A DNA stretch of 64,000 nucleotides from Eledone cirrhosa (GCA_964016885.1 OZ024743.1:242978001-243042000); one strand, 5' to 3'; shown: positions 1 through 11,770, counted from the stretch's first letter. Notes: generated by a model not told the origin, from the sequence alone. Translations and numbers: made by a program.

Positions 1-719
1 CATAAAATTCTAAAATAAAACTAAGCCTTACATGTGCGTGAAGATACAAAAAAAATGTATTAAATCAGCCGGGAAAGAAATTTTGAAAAAAAAAATCTAA
101 ATACACTGTGCGTGTTTACAAAGTAGAAAGAAGTATTTGTATTTATTTTAAAGGTTGTTTAGATAATAACAAACATATATAAAACAACACAAACGGAATT
201 TTCTTATCCGCGTTTTTCTTTTTTATGCAGTTTAAAAAGAAGGATCCAACGATTGTTTGACAAAATATTTACAACGTACTTTCTCTTTGACAATTTACAT
301 ATATTTTTTTTCTATCTTCTTTTACGACTCAACATCATATCATTTTTCTTTCTTTTCGTGATTAGTATTGTTTTGTTATTCTTTTGTGTGGTTATTATTT
401 TTGTTATTATGAGACTTTCCTTGGTGACAAAGAGATGTTCTCCCCTTTGTGAAGTGATGATAAGTGTGTGCGCGTGTGTAGGTGTACAGTAGTGCCTGTC
501 CAACTTTGTCTGCACGATCTATGTGATTGTGCGCAGTGTAGGTGTGCGTGCTGGAGATAGATAGATAGATAGGAAGGAAGGAAGAGAAATAGAGATACAT
601 ATAAACTATATATACAAGCAAAGTAGCACAAAAGAACGTAACTGTTAACTCGGCCTGACACGCTAACCGTTATTTCAGGGTCCTAAACGGGCCCTCTTAG
701 CCCACAACAAATTACTCAC

Positions 720-731
720 CTTCGCTGTCAT
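720..731 (-). CDS. First coding mini-exon (M-T-A-K, phase-0 intron follows) of an unidentified host gene running off the left edge
   Basis: Minus strand reads gctATG ACA GCG AAG|GTGAGT. The donor at 719-714 is a perfect consensus and sits in the only CpG-rich non-transposon patch of the window (~650-830). Four residues cannot identify the protein. Confidence 0.55.
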
Positions 732-803
732 AGCTTGCAATCGGCGCCACGGGCCCCAAAAAAGCTGCGTTTTCACGCCGTTCCAGTTTAATAGCGCACC
801 ACG

Positions 804-960
804 TTAGCACTCCGCCATGTTGGTTTAATAATAATGTTAAGAGTGACCCACATAATAAATCAGCTTGGTTAATGATAGGTTAAACTAAGAATGGGGGAAG
901 CTGGAGAGAGAGAAAGATAGAGAGAGGGAGTGCGTAGAGGGGGGAGCCTGCTGCTGCTAA
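804..960 (-). promoter_or_regulatory. Promoter/5' end with YY1-type motif AACATGGCGG (821-812), uORF ATG GCG GAG TGC TAA (818-804) and upstream GA-rich tract
   Basis: The plus strand has CCGCCATGTT at 812-821. This motif typically lies at or just downstream of metazoan housekeeping-gene start sites. Local CpG enrichment and a (GA)n tract at ~905-930. Confidence 0.5.
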
Positions 961-1839
961 CCTCTTTGCTTACTACTCATCGATACGGGACAGCATTGAA
1001 AGGTTCACAAAAGTAAAAACATACTCCTGCAAATAAAATAAAATGAACGGCTACTAATGCTCCTTTGTATTCTTTCCCCATTGATAACTTTATTTCAATA
1101 TTTTAAATACTGGAAATGTCGATTATTCAACCATAATAGTACTTAGTACGGCGATATATCCATTCATAGACAGCCATTTTAGGAATTTCGTAGGAGGTAA
1201 AAAGAACAGCTGAGTTACGCCGGCGAATATTTAGATTTTTAATTGACAAAAAATAAAATTTACAAACAGAAAGTTTTCAGATACATATATATAATTTAAA
1301 TGAAACTGTTTGACAATTAAAAAATGAAATTTAACTATTTTTTTCTTAGTTAAAACCTATTTTTTTTCTCTCAGTATATCTGCCGCGGGGGTTATTATAA
1401 CAGCTGAAATTAACCAATTGGGTTTTAAGTTGTGAGTTGACACTGTGTGTTTGGTAACTAAATAAAAGATGAATTGGGAGGAGGGATGGAGATTTATTTG
1501 TTTATTTTTCTTTTATTACTTCTATGCGATGTCTTATGTACTTTTCGGTGCTTTCTTAGACCCAGTTTTTTTTTCAGCTTTACGATGTTTATCTCTTCCA
1601 TTCATACAGTATTTTCCAAACTATTACAAATATATATTATTTTAGCAAACCAGTTTACGTTATACTGATAGCTGATCTAGGGATGGTATGGTGAATAATC
1701 TGTAGTAGTTTGCGTTAAAATACACTACCCTAATTATAAAGAGCATCCATTTTATATTTAACCATGTATGTGTCGATTGAAATTAATTTTCCAAGACAAA
1801 ACACAGTAAATTTAAATTACTGGATGACTAAAATAGAAT

Positions 1840-1908
1840 ATATATATAAGAATAATATATGTGTTACATATACATATATGTGTAATATATATGTCAGAAT
1901 GTATGTAT

Positions 1909-1942
<34 letters not shown>

Positions 1943-2217
1943 TTATATATGTCATATATATATATATACATAGAAACATATATGTGTGTGTGTGTATATA
2001 TACACAAATATATATGTATATATATACACACAAATATATATATATATATATACAAATATATATGTATATATATACATACAAATAAAGTGTCTTGCTCAAG
2101 GACATAACGCATTGCTCAGTCCAGGAATCGGGCTCACAACCTCAAGATTGTGAATCCAATTCTCTAACCACTCAGCCACACGCCTTCACGTATATGTGTG
2201 TGTGTGTGTATGTATGA

Positions 2218-2294
<77 letters not shown>

Positions 2295-2304
2295 TAGATA
2301 TAGA

Positions 2305-2330
<26 letters not shown>
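1840..2330. repeat. Compound (TA)n/(GA)n/(TG)n microsatellite region
   Basis: Long dinucleotide runs. They generate the spurious IYIYIY ORFs in the ORF track. Confidence 0.95.
2081..2189 (-). mobile_element. tRNA-derived SINE, 5' head plus CORE-like segment
   Basis: Minus strand has an A-box-like TGGCTGAGTGG, a degenerate B-box GAGCCCGATTCC, then GTCCTTGAGCAAGACACTT (CORE-like). A near-identical plus-strand segment is at 3391-3460. Confidence 0.75.
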
Positions 2331-2341
<11 letters not shown>

Positions 2342-2343
<2 letters not shown>

Positions 2344-2708
2344 AAATAACAGATTAAAGTTTAAGCAAAGAATCGCTGCTTTCACCCTTAACGGGATCTT
2401 CTGAAACTCATTTGCTCTACAGTTCATATATATTTGATATATATTTATCCTTATCGAGCTCTCTTTGGATTTTAGTCTTCAAATTTATTATTATTACTAT
2501 ATATATATATAGGAACGAGTAGGACCCCGACGGCTGAGCTCAAGCCGTTTCGACGGCTAATTCTGGAGTCCAGAATTAGCCGTCGAAACGGCTTGAGCTC
2601 AGCCGTCGGGGTCCTACTCGTTCCTATTACCCACTCTACTACCCTAAGTATTGAGTACTTTGGTGCGTTATGGTCCACCTGGTTCCTTACCACATTTCCT
2701 TCGTTATA

Positions 2709-2747
<39 letters not shown>

Positions 2748-3310
2748 ATAATAATAAATTTGAAGACTAAAATCCAAAGAGGGCTCGATAAGGATAAATA
2801 TATATCAAATATATAAGAACCGTAGAGCAAATATTTATTAAAATAACAGATTAAAGTTTAAGCAAAGAATCGCTGCTTTCACCCTTAACGGGATCTTCTG
2901 AAACTAACAAAGTCAATCTGTGAACGCAGAAGTGAATATTTCAAAAAACGTTGCAACCGGAAGAAGACAGGAAGACGATACTTTGGTTCGTGAAAACGTT
3001 CCCTGGCAAAGAACGGGGAAAAACGAATATAATACGTCATTATTTGGAGCAGTGAAAAACAATTACACGCAAAGACAAAACCACGTTTATGGTATAAAAG
3101 AAGTCGTAGACGTAGACTAATATTTTCTATTAGGTGGTTCATAGAGACGTTCTCTGGCAATGAATGGAAAAACGAAGATAATACGTCATATGTGGAGCGT
3201 GAAGAACAATTTCACGCAAAGACAAAACCGCGTAAATGATATAACTGAAGTCGTAGACTAAAATTCTAACTAGGAAACCGAATGATTCTCGGCTTCAGAG
3301 TTAAGAATAA
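2342..3310. mobile_element. Rearranged non-autonomous (Helitron-like) repeat with direct and inverted modules
   Basis: A ~65-bp direct repeat (~2344-2408 / ~2842-2905), a ~90-bp inverted repeat (~2410-2500 / ~2742-2832) and an internal ~150-bp duplication (~2983-3130 / ~3135-3275). The same modules recur at ~10518-10690. Confidence 0.5.
2509..2706 (+). mobile_element. Penelope-like/retrozyme-like remnant: 119-bp perfect palindrome containing the 3' half of a hammerhead ribozyme
   Basis: Two 59-bp arms around G2568. Contains GAAACGGCT-tgagctc-AGCCGTC^GGGG (GAAA, stem III and a GUC cleavage triplet). Flanked by (TA)n on both sides. Confidence 0.55.
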
Positions 3311-3390
3311 AGTAAATAAAATACAGAGGTAATTAAATAAATACATACACGCATCCATATACGTGAATACACAAGCATACGCGAAAACAC

Positions 3391-3530
3391 TCTTGAGGTT
3401 GTGAACCCGATTCCTGGACTGGGCAAGGCGTTATGTCCTTGAGCAAGACACTTTATTTCACGTTGCTCCTTCTACCTGGAGTTGCGACCGATAGATAATA
3501 CTAGCAACTGGAAAGACCAACGGAAACATT
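3391..3530 (+). mobile_element. tRNA-derived SINE fragment (same family as 2081-2189)
   Basis: TCTTGAGGTTGTGAACCCGATTCCTGGACT...GTCCTTGAGCAAGACACTTTATT is the reverse-complement match of 2081-2150. Confidence 0.75.
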
Positions 3531-3649
3531 GTTTCCTCAGTCCGATTTGACGAAAGTCAATCGATCCTTTATATATATATACATATATATATATAAATAT
3601 ATGTATATATATGTATATATTGAGAGAGAAACTGTGTCTGAGAGGGATA

Positions 3650-3926
3650 GAATGTTGGAGAGGAGACTGGGGTGGTATGGACATGTGATGCGCATGGAGG
3701 ATGACCGATGGGTAAAGAAGTGCCAGGAAATGCCAGTTGAAGGAAGACATGGGAGAGGTAGACCACGAAAAACATGGGCGGAGGTGGTGAGAACAGACCT
3801 CAGATCTCTGAAGCTCACGGTGGAGATGACGAAGGACCATGACAAGTGGAGAGATGCTGTGCTGAATAAGACCCGTCCCACCCTTGCAAGCAGGGAAGAG
3901 CGGACGTAAAATGATGATGATGATGA

Positions 3927-3930
<4 letters not shown>
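3650..3930 (+). mobile_element. 5'-truncated RTE-clade LINE, ORF2 C-terminus and (GAT)n tail
   Basis: Encodes [12 protein letters not shown]...GRGRPRKTW...DHDKWR, typical RTE C-terminal motifs. The stop at 3907-3909 is followed directly by (ATG)n. Confidence 0.9.
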
Positions 3931-3985
<55 letters not shown>

Positions 3986-4419
3986 AATATATGTATATAT
4001 ATATATATATACATATATATAATATGTATATATAGAGAGAGATAGATAGATTATATGTCATCATCATATATATATACATAAACAGAAACATACATATATA
4101 TATATATATGTATGTACATATGCATATATATCGGTGTGTGTAAATATATATATATAAATACACATACACATATATTTACGTTTATATATATTCATGTATA
4201 TGTATATTTATTTTTATATATAAATGTGTGTATATTTATAAATTTATATATATATTTATATATGGCTGTGTATATATATGTGGGTGTATATATACATATA
4301 TATATATCATCATCATCAACATCACCATTTTACGTCCACTTTTCCCTGCTTGCATATATACACATACTCATGTATAATTGTGTGTGTCTGTGTGCATGTG
4401 AGCGTCTTACTAGTATCAC

Positions 4420-4672
4420 AATAAAATGTGCTCAGTACTCAGCCCACACTGTAAAGTGGTTGACTGGTACCCTATACAAAACCCACAGGCAGATGGTACT
4501 ACAAAACAACAAACTCATTAGATACTGTGAAATGATTGACATTAAGAAGGGCATCCAGCCATAAAAACCATGCTAAAATGGAACATATGAATAACACACA
4601 GCCATCTGACCTGTTTACATAGCCTATGAGTGTGACAACCCATCTAATCCATGTATAATGGTGATGATGATA
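4420..4672 (+). mobile_element. RTE 3'UTR / RTE-dependent SINE fragment
   Basis: CACACTGTAAAGTGG...AAGGGCATCCAGCC...ACCCATCTAATCCATG...GATGATGA. Same motif order as 5590-5820. Confidence 0.75.
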
Positions 4673-4709
4673 ATATATATCATCATAATTATCATCATTT
4701 AACATCTAT

Positions 4710-7700
4710 ATCATCATCATCATTTCCAATCTTGCATGGGTTAGGTGGGTTGTCGCATTATGAGACAAGTCCAGAAACCTCATCATACTCAAATGGTATT
4801 TTGGCTTGGTTTCTATAGCTGGATACCCTTCCTAGCACCAATCCTGTTACAATGTGACTTTTTATGGTGGCACCAAAACGACCACCTAACAGGGTGGACT
4901 GGGTGCTTTTTCTTAAGTCACCAACATGACCACTTTACAGATTGAACTGGGTGTTTTTGTTGTGGGGAGGAGTGAATAGAAGATTGGTGCAGACTTGTGT
5001 AACCTCTACTTGTTTGTTTCATTTCATTTCATCCTCTGCAAATGGGAAGGTGGGTCTTCTTCGTAACTGCATGCCAGAGACCTCAATCCTGTGTCATCTC
5101 CTTTTTGAGGTATAATCAGAAAAGGTTAGCTTTTATCACCTCATCCCAAACATTCCTAGATCTTCTTCTTCCATAGTTTCCATCGACTTTGAGAGCCCCT
5201 CACCTTTTTATGTAGCTGTCATCCTCCACATGCATCACATGTACAAACCACCGCAATCTCCTCTCCTGTACACTCATCTGATCCCTCTTATGCCTAGTTT
5301 CTCTTTCAGTTCAATAATGCTTTGTTGTTCAAGCACATTACTATTACATATCCACTAGAAGTCGATGGAAACCGCGGAGTGGGGAGACCCAAGATGACCT
5401 GGGATTAGGTGATAAAAGCTGACCTTACCCAATTACACCTCTCAAAGGCAATGACACACGACCGTGACCTCTGGCGTCACGCAGTAATACAGAGTACCCG
5501 ACCTCCCATGGGTACAAGCTGAAGCATATAGACAATATGCCCCCACACCCCCCACCGCAAGGTGGTCGTGGAGGTGCCACAGCAAAAAAGCACCCAGCCC
5601 ACACTGTAAAGTGGACGTGTAGGCACCACGAAAAAGCACCCAGCACTCACTGTAAATGAGGTTGGTGTTAGGAAGGGCATCCAGCTGTAGAAATCAAGCC
5701 AAATCAGTTCCTGTATGAGCAAGGCATGGTCAGCCGACCAGACACTGCCCACAACAGGACAACCCGTCTAACCCATGCTAGTGTGGAAGAACGGACGTAA
5801 AACGGTGATGATGATGATGAAGCTTAATTTCCTTTCTAATCTTCATAGGTCCTCTACACATATATCCTAGGTCTCACTCCCATACAGCATTGCTCTTTGT
5901 ACACAAGCTTCATACAGTATACCTTTCATTTTAAGGGAAACACCTTTTGTAGCTAGCAGCAGTAGTAGCTCCCTGAACTTTTTCTATCCCATTCTCAGTC
6001 TGGCTACTATACTTTTAGAATACCCACCTGGATGGAATTTCAACATATTCTTTTCCTGTACACTGAGTAAGGCTATTTTCCTGAGAGAATCTGGGCTCTG
6101 TTTTCCTTTCTGTATACTAGGACTTTCGTCTATGCCAAGTTGGCTTAAAAACCTTTTGATTCTAGGCCATACTTCCAGGTTTGGAATTTCTTCTCTGATT
6201 CTGTCATAGATTCAGCTAAGAGGGTTAGATAATCTGCACACAGGTGTTCCCATGGGCAGTCAGTCTTAAATGGAGCCTTAATGTATTCCTGCACACTAAA
6301 TTCTTCACTATAGTCATTGTTAATTCTAACCTTGTTGACTGTTCCTCTTTACATGGCTTGTGCAGCTCTCACAAGCCAATCATCTCCTAGTTTTCTAAAA
6401 GCCCATCAGATTATGGAACGGGGGACTCTGTCAAAAGCTTTCTCCAGATCAACAAATGCCAAGTAGAAAGGCTTACTTTTAGTTAGGTGCTTCTCCTGCA
6501 GTTTCTGCACAAGGAAAAGGGAATCAGTGGTGCAAATCCAAACTGCATCTCATCTAGGTTAACTCGGTCTCTGATTAGCTGTGCTATAACTCTTCCTGTG
6601 ACCTCCATGATCTGGTTCTTCAACTTGATGCCTCTATATTTTTCTCTGTCTAGTGCATCTCCTTTGCCCTTCTAGCAGTTGAGGATGCTGCTGCTATGGC
6701 AGTCATTTGGTATGACACCATTTTGTATAACTTGATTTACAATACGGGTGCTTAAAGTATGACCCACCATCCCAGATGTTTTCATCATCTTGGTAACTAT
6801 CCCATACCTTTAATTGTTTTTGGTAACTATCTTCATACCTTTAATTGTTTTACTCACTATGCTGCTGCAGACTTGTACAGGTGGTTCCTCACATGAATTT
6901 TCCTCATTTAGCAGTCTTTCATAGCAACACTTCCTTGCAACTTTCTTTTTAGAATCAGTGAGGGCAAGTACACCATTATCATCTCAGATACACTTTTTCC
7001 CAACAACAGCACTATTTTCCCTGACACACTGCTTTCCAATCCTGAACATCTAATGTATTTAGTCCTCACATTGAAAAATATGCTTAAACTTTTTATTTTT
7101 TGCTTCCCTTCTTACAAAGTATACTTGTCGCTTAGCTTCTCTCCTAGCATCCTAGTAGTGTTTTCTACTTCTTCCATTCTGCCATTCTTTCCATGCTTGT
7201 TTCTTGGCACTAACTGTCTCATCCACCCAACTATTCTACCACCAAGTCATTCTCCTTCTCCCTAAAGACCTGCTCCTTTATATTGTATATCTCTATTTCT
7301 TCTTCCATACTGTCAAAAGCATCAAACAATGTACCTCTAAATTTGTTGCTGGCTAAGGGCTCCCTTAACTTCCATATCTTTCTCCCTCAGTTTGACTTCT
7401 GTCTCCAAGTTCATCTAGCCCTAACTATAAAGTCACTAACTACTAGGTTATGTTGGGAAGTGCATTCCTCACCAGGGAGGGACTTTGTGTTTATAACCAT
7501 CACTCTATCTCATTTTTATGCAAGGATAAAATCTATCTGGCTGGCCTGCTCACCTAATCCATAGATGATCAAGTAGTTGTCTGTTTTTGTAAGTTTGTGT
7601 TAATGATAGATTGATCATTGGTGATGCAGCATTCCTGGAGGATGAAACCTTCCTCATTTCTCGTGCCAAACCCCAAGCCTCCATGGACTCCATAGAACCA

Positions 7701-7987
7701 TAACAGTGTTACTCAACATGCCTGATTATGAAGGCACTGTCACTTATTAGAGAAGTAGTGTGCATTAGGGGTTCGTAAAATCTGTCTTTTAGTCTGTCTG
7801 ACAGTTTAGATTGAGGTGCATATGCAGATATAATTGTTACAGTTGTTCTATTTAGTACTAGTCTAAGTTTGATGATTCTGTCGTTCACTTTATTTACAGC
7901 AATTACCTTATCTACCCCTTTTTTTGCTAACATACCTAATACCTCCTCCACCCAGCCTGTTGCCATTGCCTACCCAGAAAAAAAAAA
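4710..7987 (-). mobile_element. Degenerate 5'-truncated RTE LINE (APE endonuclease, RT and 3'UTR), interrupted by an opposite-strand copy at 5358-5820
   Basis: ORF 7709-7966 has DRIIKLRL..TIISAYAPQ (APE). AFVDLEKAFDRVP is readable at ~6420-6460. WFVHVMH at ~5230-5250. A (CAT)n tail at ~4710. Many stops and frameshifts. Confidence 0.9.
5358..5820 (+). mobile_element. RTE LINE 3' end with long 3'UTR and (GAT)n tail
   Basis: Encodes VDGNRGVGRPKMTWD*..DRDLWRHAVIQSTRPPMGTS*. A ~300-bp UTR follows, with repeated AAAAAGCACCCAGC..CACTGTAAA units, ending ACCCGTCTAACCCATGCTAG...GGACGTAAAACGGT(GAT)n. Confidence 0.9.
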
Positions 7988-8026
7988 TGCATGCATGCAT
8001 TTTTTTTTTCTGGGTAGGCAATGGCA
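7961..8026. repeat. 66-bp perfect spacer-less palindrome at the RTE 5' truncation point
   Basis: TGCCATTGCCTACCCAG-A10-TGCATGCATGCA-T10-CTGGGTAGGCAATGGCA. Confidence 0.95.
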
Positions 8027-8589
8027 TACATAAATACATACACATACACACCTGCATGTATACAGACATACATACAATGCAATCTGTAGCAATGATAGCC
8101 CCGACAATAAACATATAAAAAGCTACAGCAATGTGGAGGACATACACATACATAATATGAAAAAGTACTGGTGGAGTGTTTCAGTCAAAACCCCAATAAA
8201 ATACAAATACAACAAACCAGGCATAGTGATATAGGGCAGAGAAAAGAAGGCATGCACAGTAGTGGAAGTAAACTGTTCAGTAGATGTTGAACTAATGAGG
8301 AGTCTACTGATACTCCACCCTGACAATATCTTTAGATTTATAACTGTGATCATTGGGGCTCTTGGGTATGTTACTAAGCTGGAATTAACAGAACTGGAAA
8401 GAACACAGCCTGTTAATGAAATTGTAAAAATATGTAAAACATAAAAAAAAATTCTGCATGTAAAAACTGCATATACACATGTATAGACCCAGAAACATAT
8501 GCATGTGTACACATATTACTTAAAACATGCAAATCCACACATAAAATAACAACCATACCTACACACACATATAGACATATATGCATATT

Positions 8590-9227
8590 TGTAGCGAAAT
8601 CTGTCCACACCTTGATCCCTGGGTGACATTTAACGGTCACTTTTTGGCATAAACAAGTCTGTGCGTGGGACAGAAGAAGCGACAGATATAAATAGCCTGT
8701 CTCAGACCAAGCAAAAAGCACTTCGGAGCAGTTCCTGATAGAGTAATCATGTAAAACATTTGCTTTCTACAGACCCCTTGGGGTCTACAGACTCTCACTC
8801 TCTCTCCTGATCTTACAGGCTCTTACTCTCTCTCTTTCACTCAATCTCTATCTCTTAACCAAGCCAGTGAAGTTCGTGAAGTTTTCTTGGTAAATACAAT
8901 TTAATTCTACTTTTACAAACAAATAATGTACATAATCCTGTGTATTTTTCGTTTAACTCCAGCGTGAGCTATTTTCAATAAATTAATAATATAGTGGCTT
9001 GGTGTCATCGTGGTTCACTTATATATATATTCATTTTCTGCGTGATCAAGGAACTATCATATCATCATCATCTTATTGAACACTTACTCACTTACCTACA
9101 CACATGCAACCTCTAGTCACACTGCATCACACAACAGTGACCACACAACACAGCAAGCTACACGTAAGCACGCACACAACAAACAAGTCAATCCACTAGC
9201 AACATCGACCAACTAACAATCGCTATA
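8590..9227 (+). mobile_element. Solo LTR (~640 bp)
   Basis: Inverted termini TGTAGCGA...TCGCTA(T)A. TATAAATA at ~8686 and AATAAA at ~8977. Flanks TATT/TATA may be a 4-bp TSD. No internal coding sequence. Confidence 0.65.
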
Positions 9228-9786
9228 TATACCTAGTTGATGATGTCTAAATTCCAATGAAAGAGTCCCGTGTCTATGTTAAAAACCAATGAAGATTTAT
9301 AAAATATTGATAGAAATTTATGAAATAATGAAACCACACAAACACAGACAGAAATTGGTTATCAGTACTGTGTTTGTTTTTGAATTCCCTTTCCTAATGG
9401 CTGAATAAAACCGCATGTTTTTCCCATCGCTGAAGAGATGTAAGTTCTTCATTTTAACAACATTCTCTTCAAAGTTTGGTGTTGTTTTCATAGTTGGTCT
9501 TCAGAATGCTTTAAAATTTCTACTTCAATTTGTTCCATAGTCCTCTCAATTTAAATCATGCGAAACCACAGCCAGTCTGAGAGCTAAAAACGTTAAAAGA
9601 TGTGTGTGTGTGATTGTCTCGTTCATTTTCTTCCTTTATTTATTTCTTCCTATCACTTCTATAGGCCAACACACATTTAACCACTGATTTCAGTCTTTTG
9701 AAGTAATTTTACCCGATGCTGTAATTGATGGTATTTTGCTGTTTTAACGTTGAATTTTTCTCATATTTTTATGAATATATATGTAC

Positions 9787-9824
<38 letters not shown>

Positions 9825-9872
9825 CATTGTATATACATGATATATATATATTCACATATATATAATCATAAA

Positions 9873-10096
9873 TACTGTAAAGTGGTCAAGTAGGTGTCAC
9901 AACAAAAAGCACCAGGACTCACTGTAAATGAGGTTGGCATTAGGAAGGGCATCCAGCTGGAGAAACCAAGCCAGAATCACTTCGGCATAAGCAAGACAAG
10001 GTCACCTGATCTCGTATTGCTCACAACAGGACAACTTGTCTAACCCATGCTAGCATGGAAAAATGGACATTAAACGGTAATAATGATGATAATGAT
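9873..10096 (+). mobile_element. RTE 3'UTR / SINE fragment with tail
   Basis: AAAAAGCACC..CACTGTAAATGAGGTTGGCATTAGGAAGGGCATCCAGC...AACCCATGCTAGCATGGAAAAATGGACATTAAAC followed by (GAT/AAT)n. Confidence 0.85.
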
Positions 10097-10123
10097 ATAT
10101 ATACATATATTATAGATAGAAAT

Positions 10124-10184
<61 letters not shown>

Positions 10185-10193
<9 letters not shown>

Positions 10194-10980
10194 CAGATAA
10201 TGTCTGTCTGTCCCCCTAAAACTCGAGAACCACCTTACCTATTTTTTTCAAACTTTACACATGTAATACTTATGGTTGTGTGAGTGTTTTGAGCAAAAAA
10301 TATTTCAAATTTTCAATGCTCTAGGGACCGGATTAGGCGCCAGTTAGCGATCTCTCTCTCTCTTTCTAAGTCTGTCTTTTTAGATAGATACATACCCATG
10401 CTAGCGTGGAAGATGGACGTTAAACGAAGATGATGATGAGATGATGATGATGATATTCGTGTACAGATATTTTTGCATACACAATAACAAAATATAAACA
10501 AACGTATTTATTTCACAAGGCTCGATAAGGATAAATATATATCAAATATATAAGAACCCTAGAGCAAATATTGTTCTCATTGCTGACGTATTACCTTCGC
10601 TATTTTTCGTTCATTGCCAGGGAATGTCTTCACGAACCAAAGTATCGTCTTCCTGTTTTCCTTCGGTTGCAACGTTTTTCGAAATATTTACTATTGCTTT
10701 CATCGTACCATAGTACAACAAATACATATTCGGTTTGTCGAATGCCTTTTTACTTAACCCTATCGACTTGGCATTCGTGGGTTGAACATTTTACTCTCAG
10801 GCACCCAATTAAGTCAAACCCCTGGTAAATGTACGACACATTTTTTTTCTAAGCACAAAATGTAGACACCATCCCGAGGCCGAGGTATTCCATACTTCTC
10901 TGTACTGTTTCAGAAAGGGGGGGGGGGATAAACATGCCAATCTATGTTTAATCCTGAGCAACACCAGGCCATTCTGCTAG
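10185..10980 (+). mobile_element. Non-autonomous Helitron-like element with a nested RTE tail (~10395-10455)
   Basis: 5' TATTAAACAGATAATGTCTGTCTGTC... start. The 3' end has a short hairpin CCTG-agcaacac-CAGG (10953-10968) followed by CTAG (10977-10980) and T, the Helitron 3' signature. Confidence 0.65.
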
Positions 10981-11197
10981 TATACAATATGGAAAGTGAT
11001 ATAAGGCTAAACAATGCAAAATGGACGGTAAGATCAAGGTAACAAGAAAATTAGTTACCTGGTAATCTTTGTTCTGTTTTATTTTTTTTATTGGTGCTGT
11101 TTCTTTCGTCCTAATATTTTGGGACTTAAAATTCCCTTCTTCAGACTATCACTTTCCACATTATATGTTATATACAATGCTTCAAGTAAACTGCAGC

Positions 11198-11235
<38 letters not shown>

Positions 11236-11320
11236 ATATATATATAGACAATATATATACATGTATGTACACACACATGCATATATAAATATATAAATAT
11301 ATATATATATATGTATATAT

Positions 11321-11770
11321 AGTTAAAAGTAGAAGATATATATATATAGAGAGAGAGAAAGAACCATATATTCAGAGAAGAGACAGTATATTGAACATAT
11401 ACTAAATACATATTACAGAGAAGAACATGTACTCAAAATGGAATCAAAAGAGACCTTATGGCGCCATTTCGTTAACTGTGAACTGTGATTTAAAATCGAT
11501 CTATGTGAACGGGTATCGATCATAAACTATCGATTAAGATCAAAGCACAGCAGACTCAGAAAACTCGTCAGAGGTATAGTCTTTAGCATTCTGAATTTTA
11601 AATCACAGTTCACAGTTAACGAAATAGTGTCATAAGGTCTCTTTTGATTCCATCTTAAGTACATGTTCTTCTCTGTAATATGTATTTAGTATATGTACAA
11701 TATACTGTGTCTTCTCTGGATGTATGGTTCTTTCTCTCTCTCTCTATATATATATCTTCTACTTTTGACT
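11321..11770. repeat. Long inverted repeat (~176-bp arms, ~98-bp spacer); fold-back or inverted Penelope-like insertion
   Basis: 11321-11496 is the reverse complement of 11595-11770 with scattered mismatches, roughly 90% identity by eye. Confidence 0.9.

Noticed and set aside
253-661. Short hydrophobic ORFs near the left edge
   Set aside because: Low-complexity T-rich and simple-repeat sequence within the inferred first intron.
2081-2189. tRNA genes at the SINE heads (also 29519, 30900-30968 and 31228)
   Set aside because: A/B boxes are present but there is no complete cloverleaf, and each continues into a SINE body.
1764-4564. Numerous I/Y/C/V/H/T-rich ORFs (also ~11.1-12.9 kb, 17.9-18.5 kb and 31.5-32.9 kb)
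   Set aside because: Translations of (TA)n, (CA)n and (TG)n microsatellites with no protein features.
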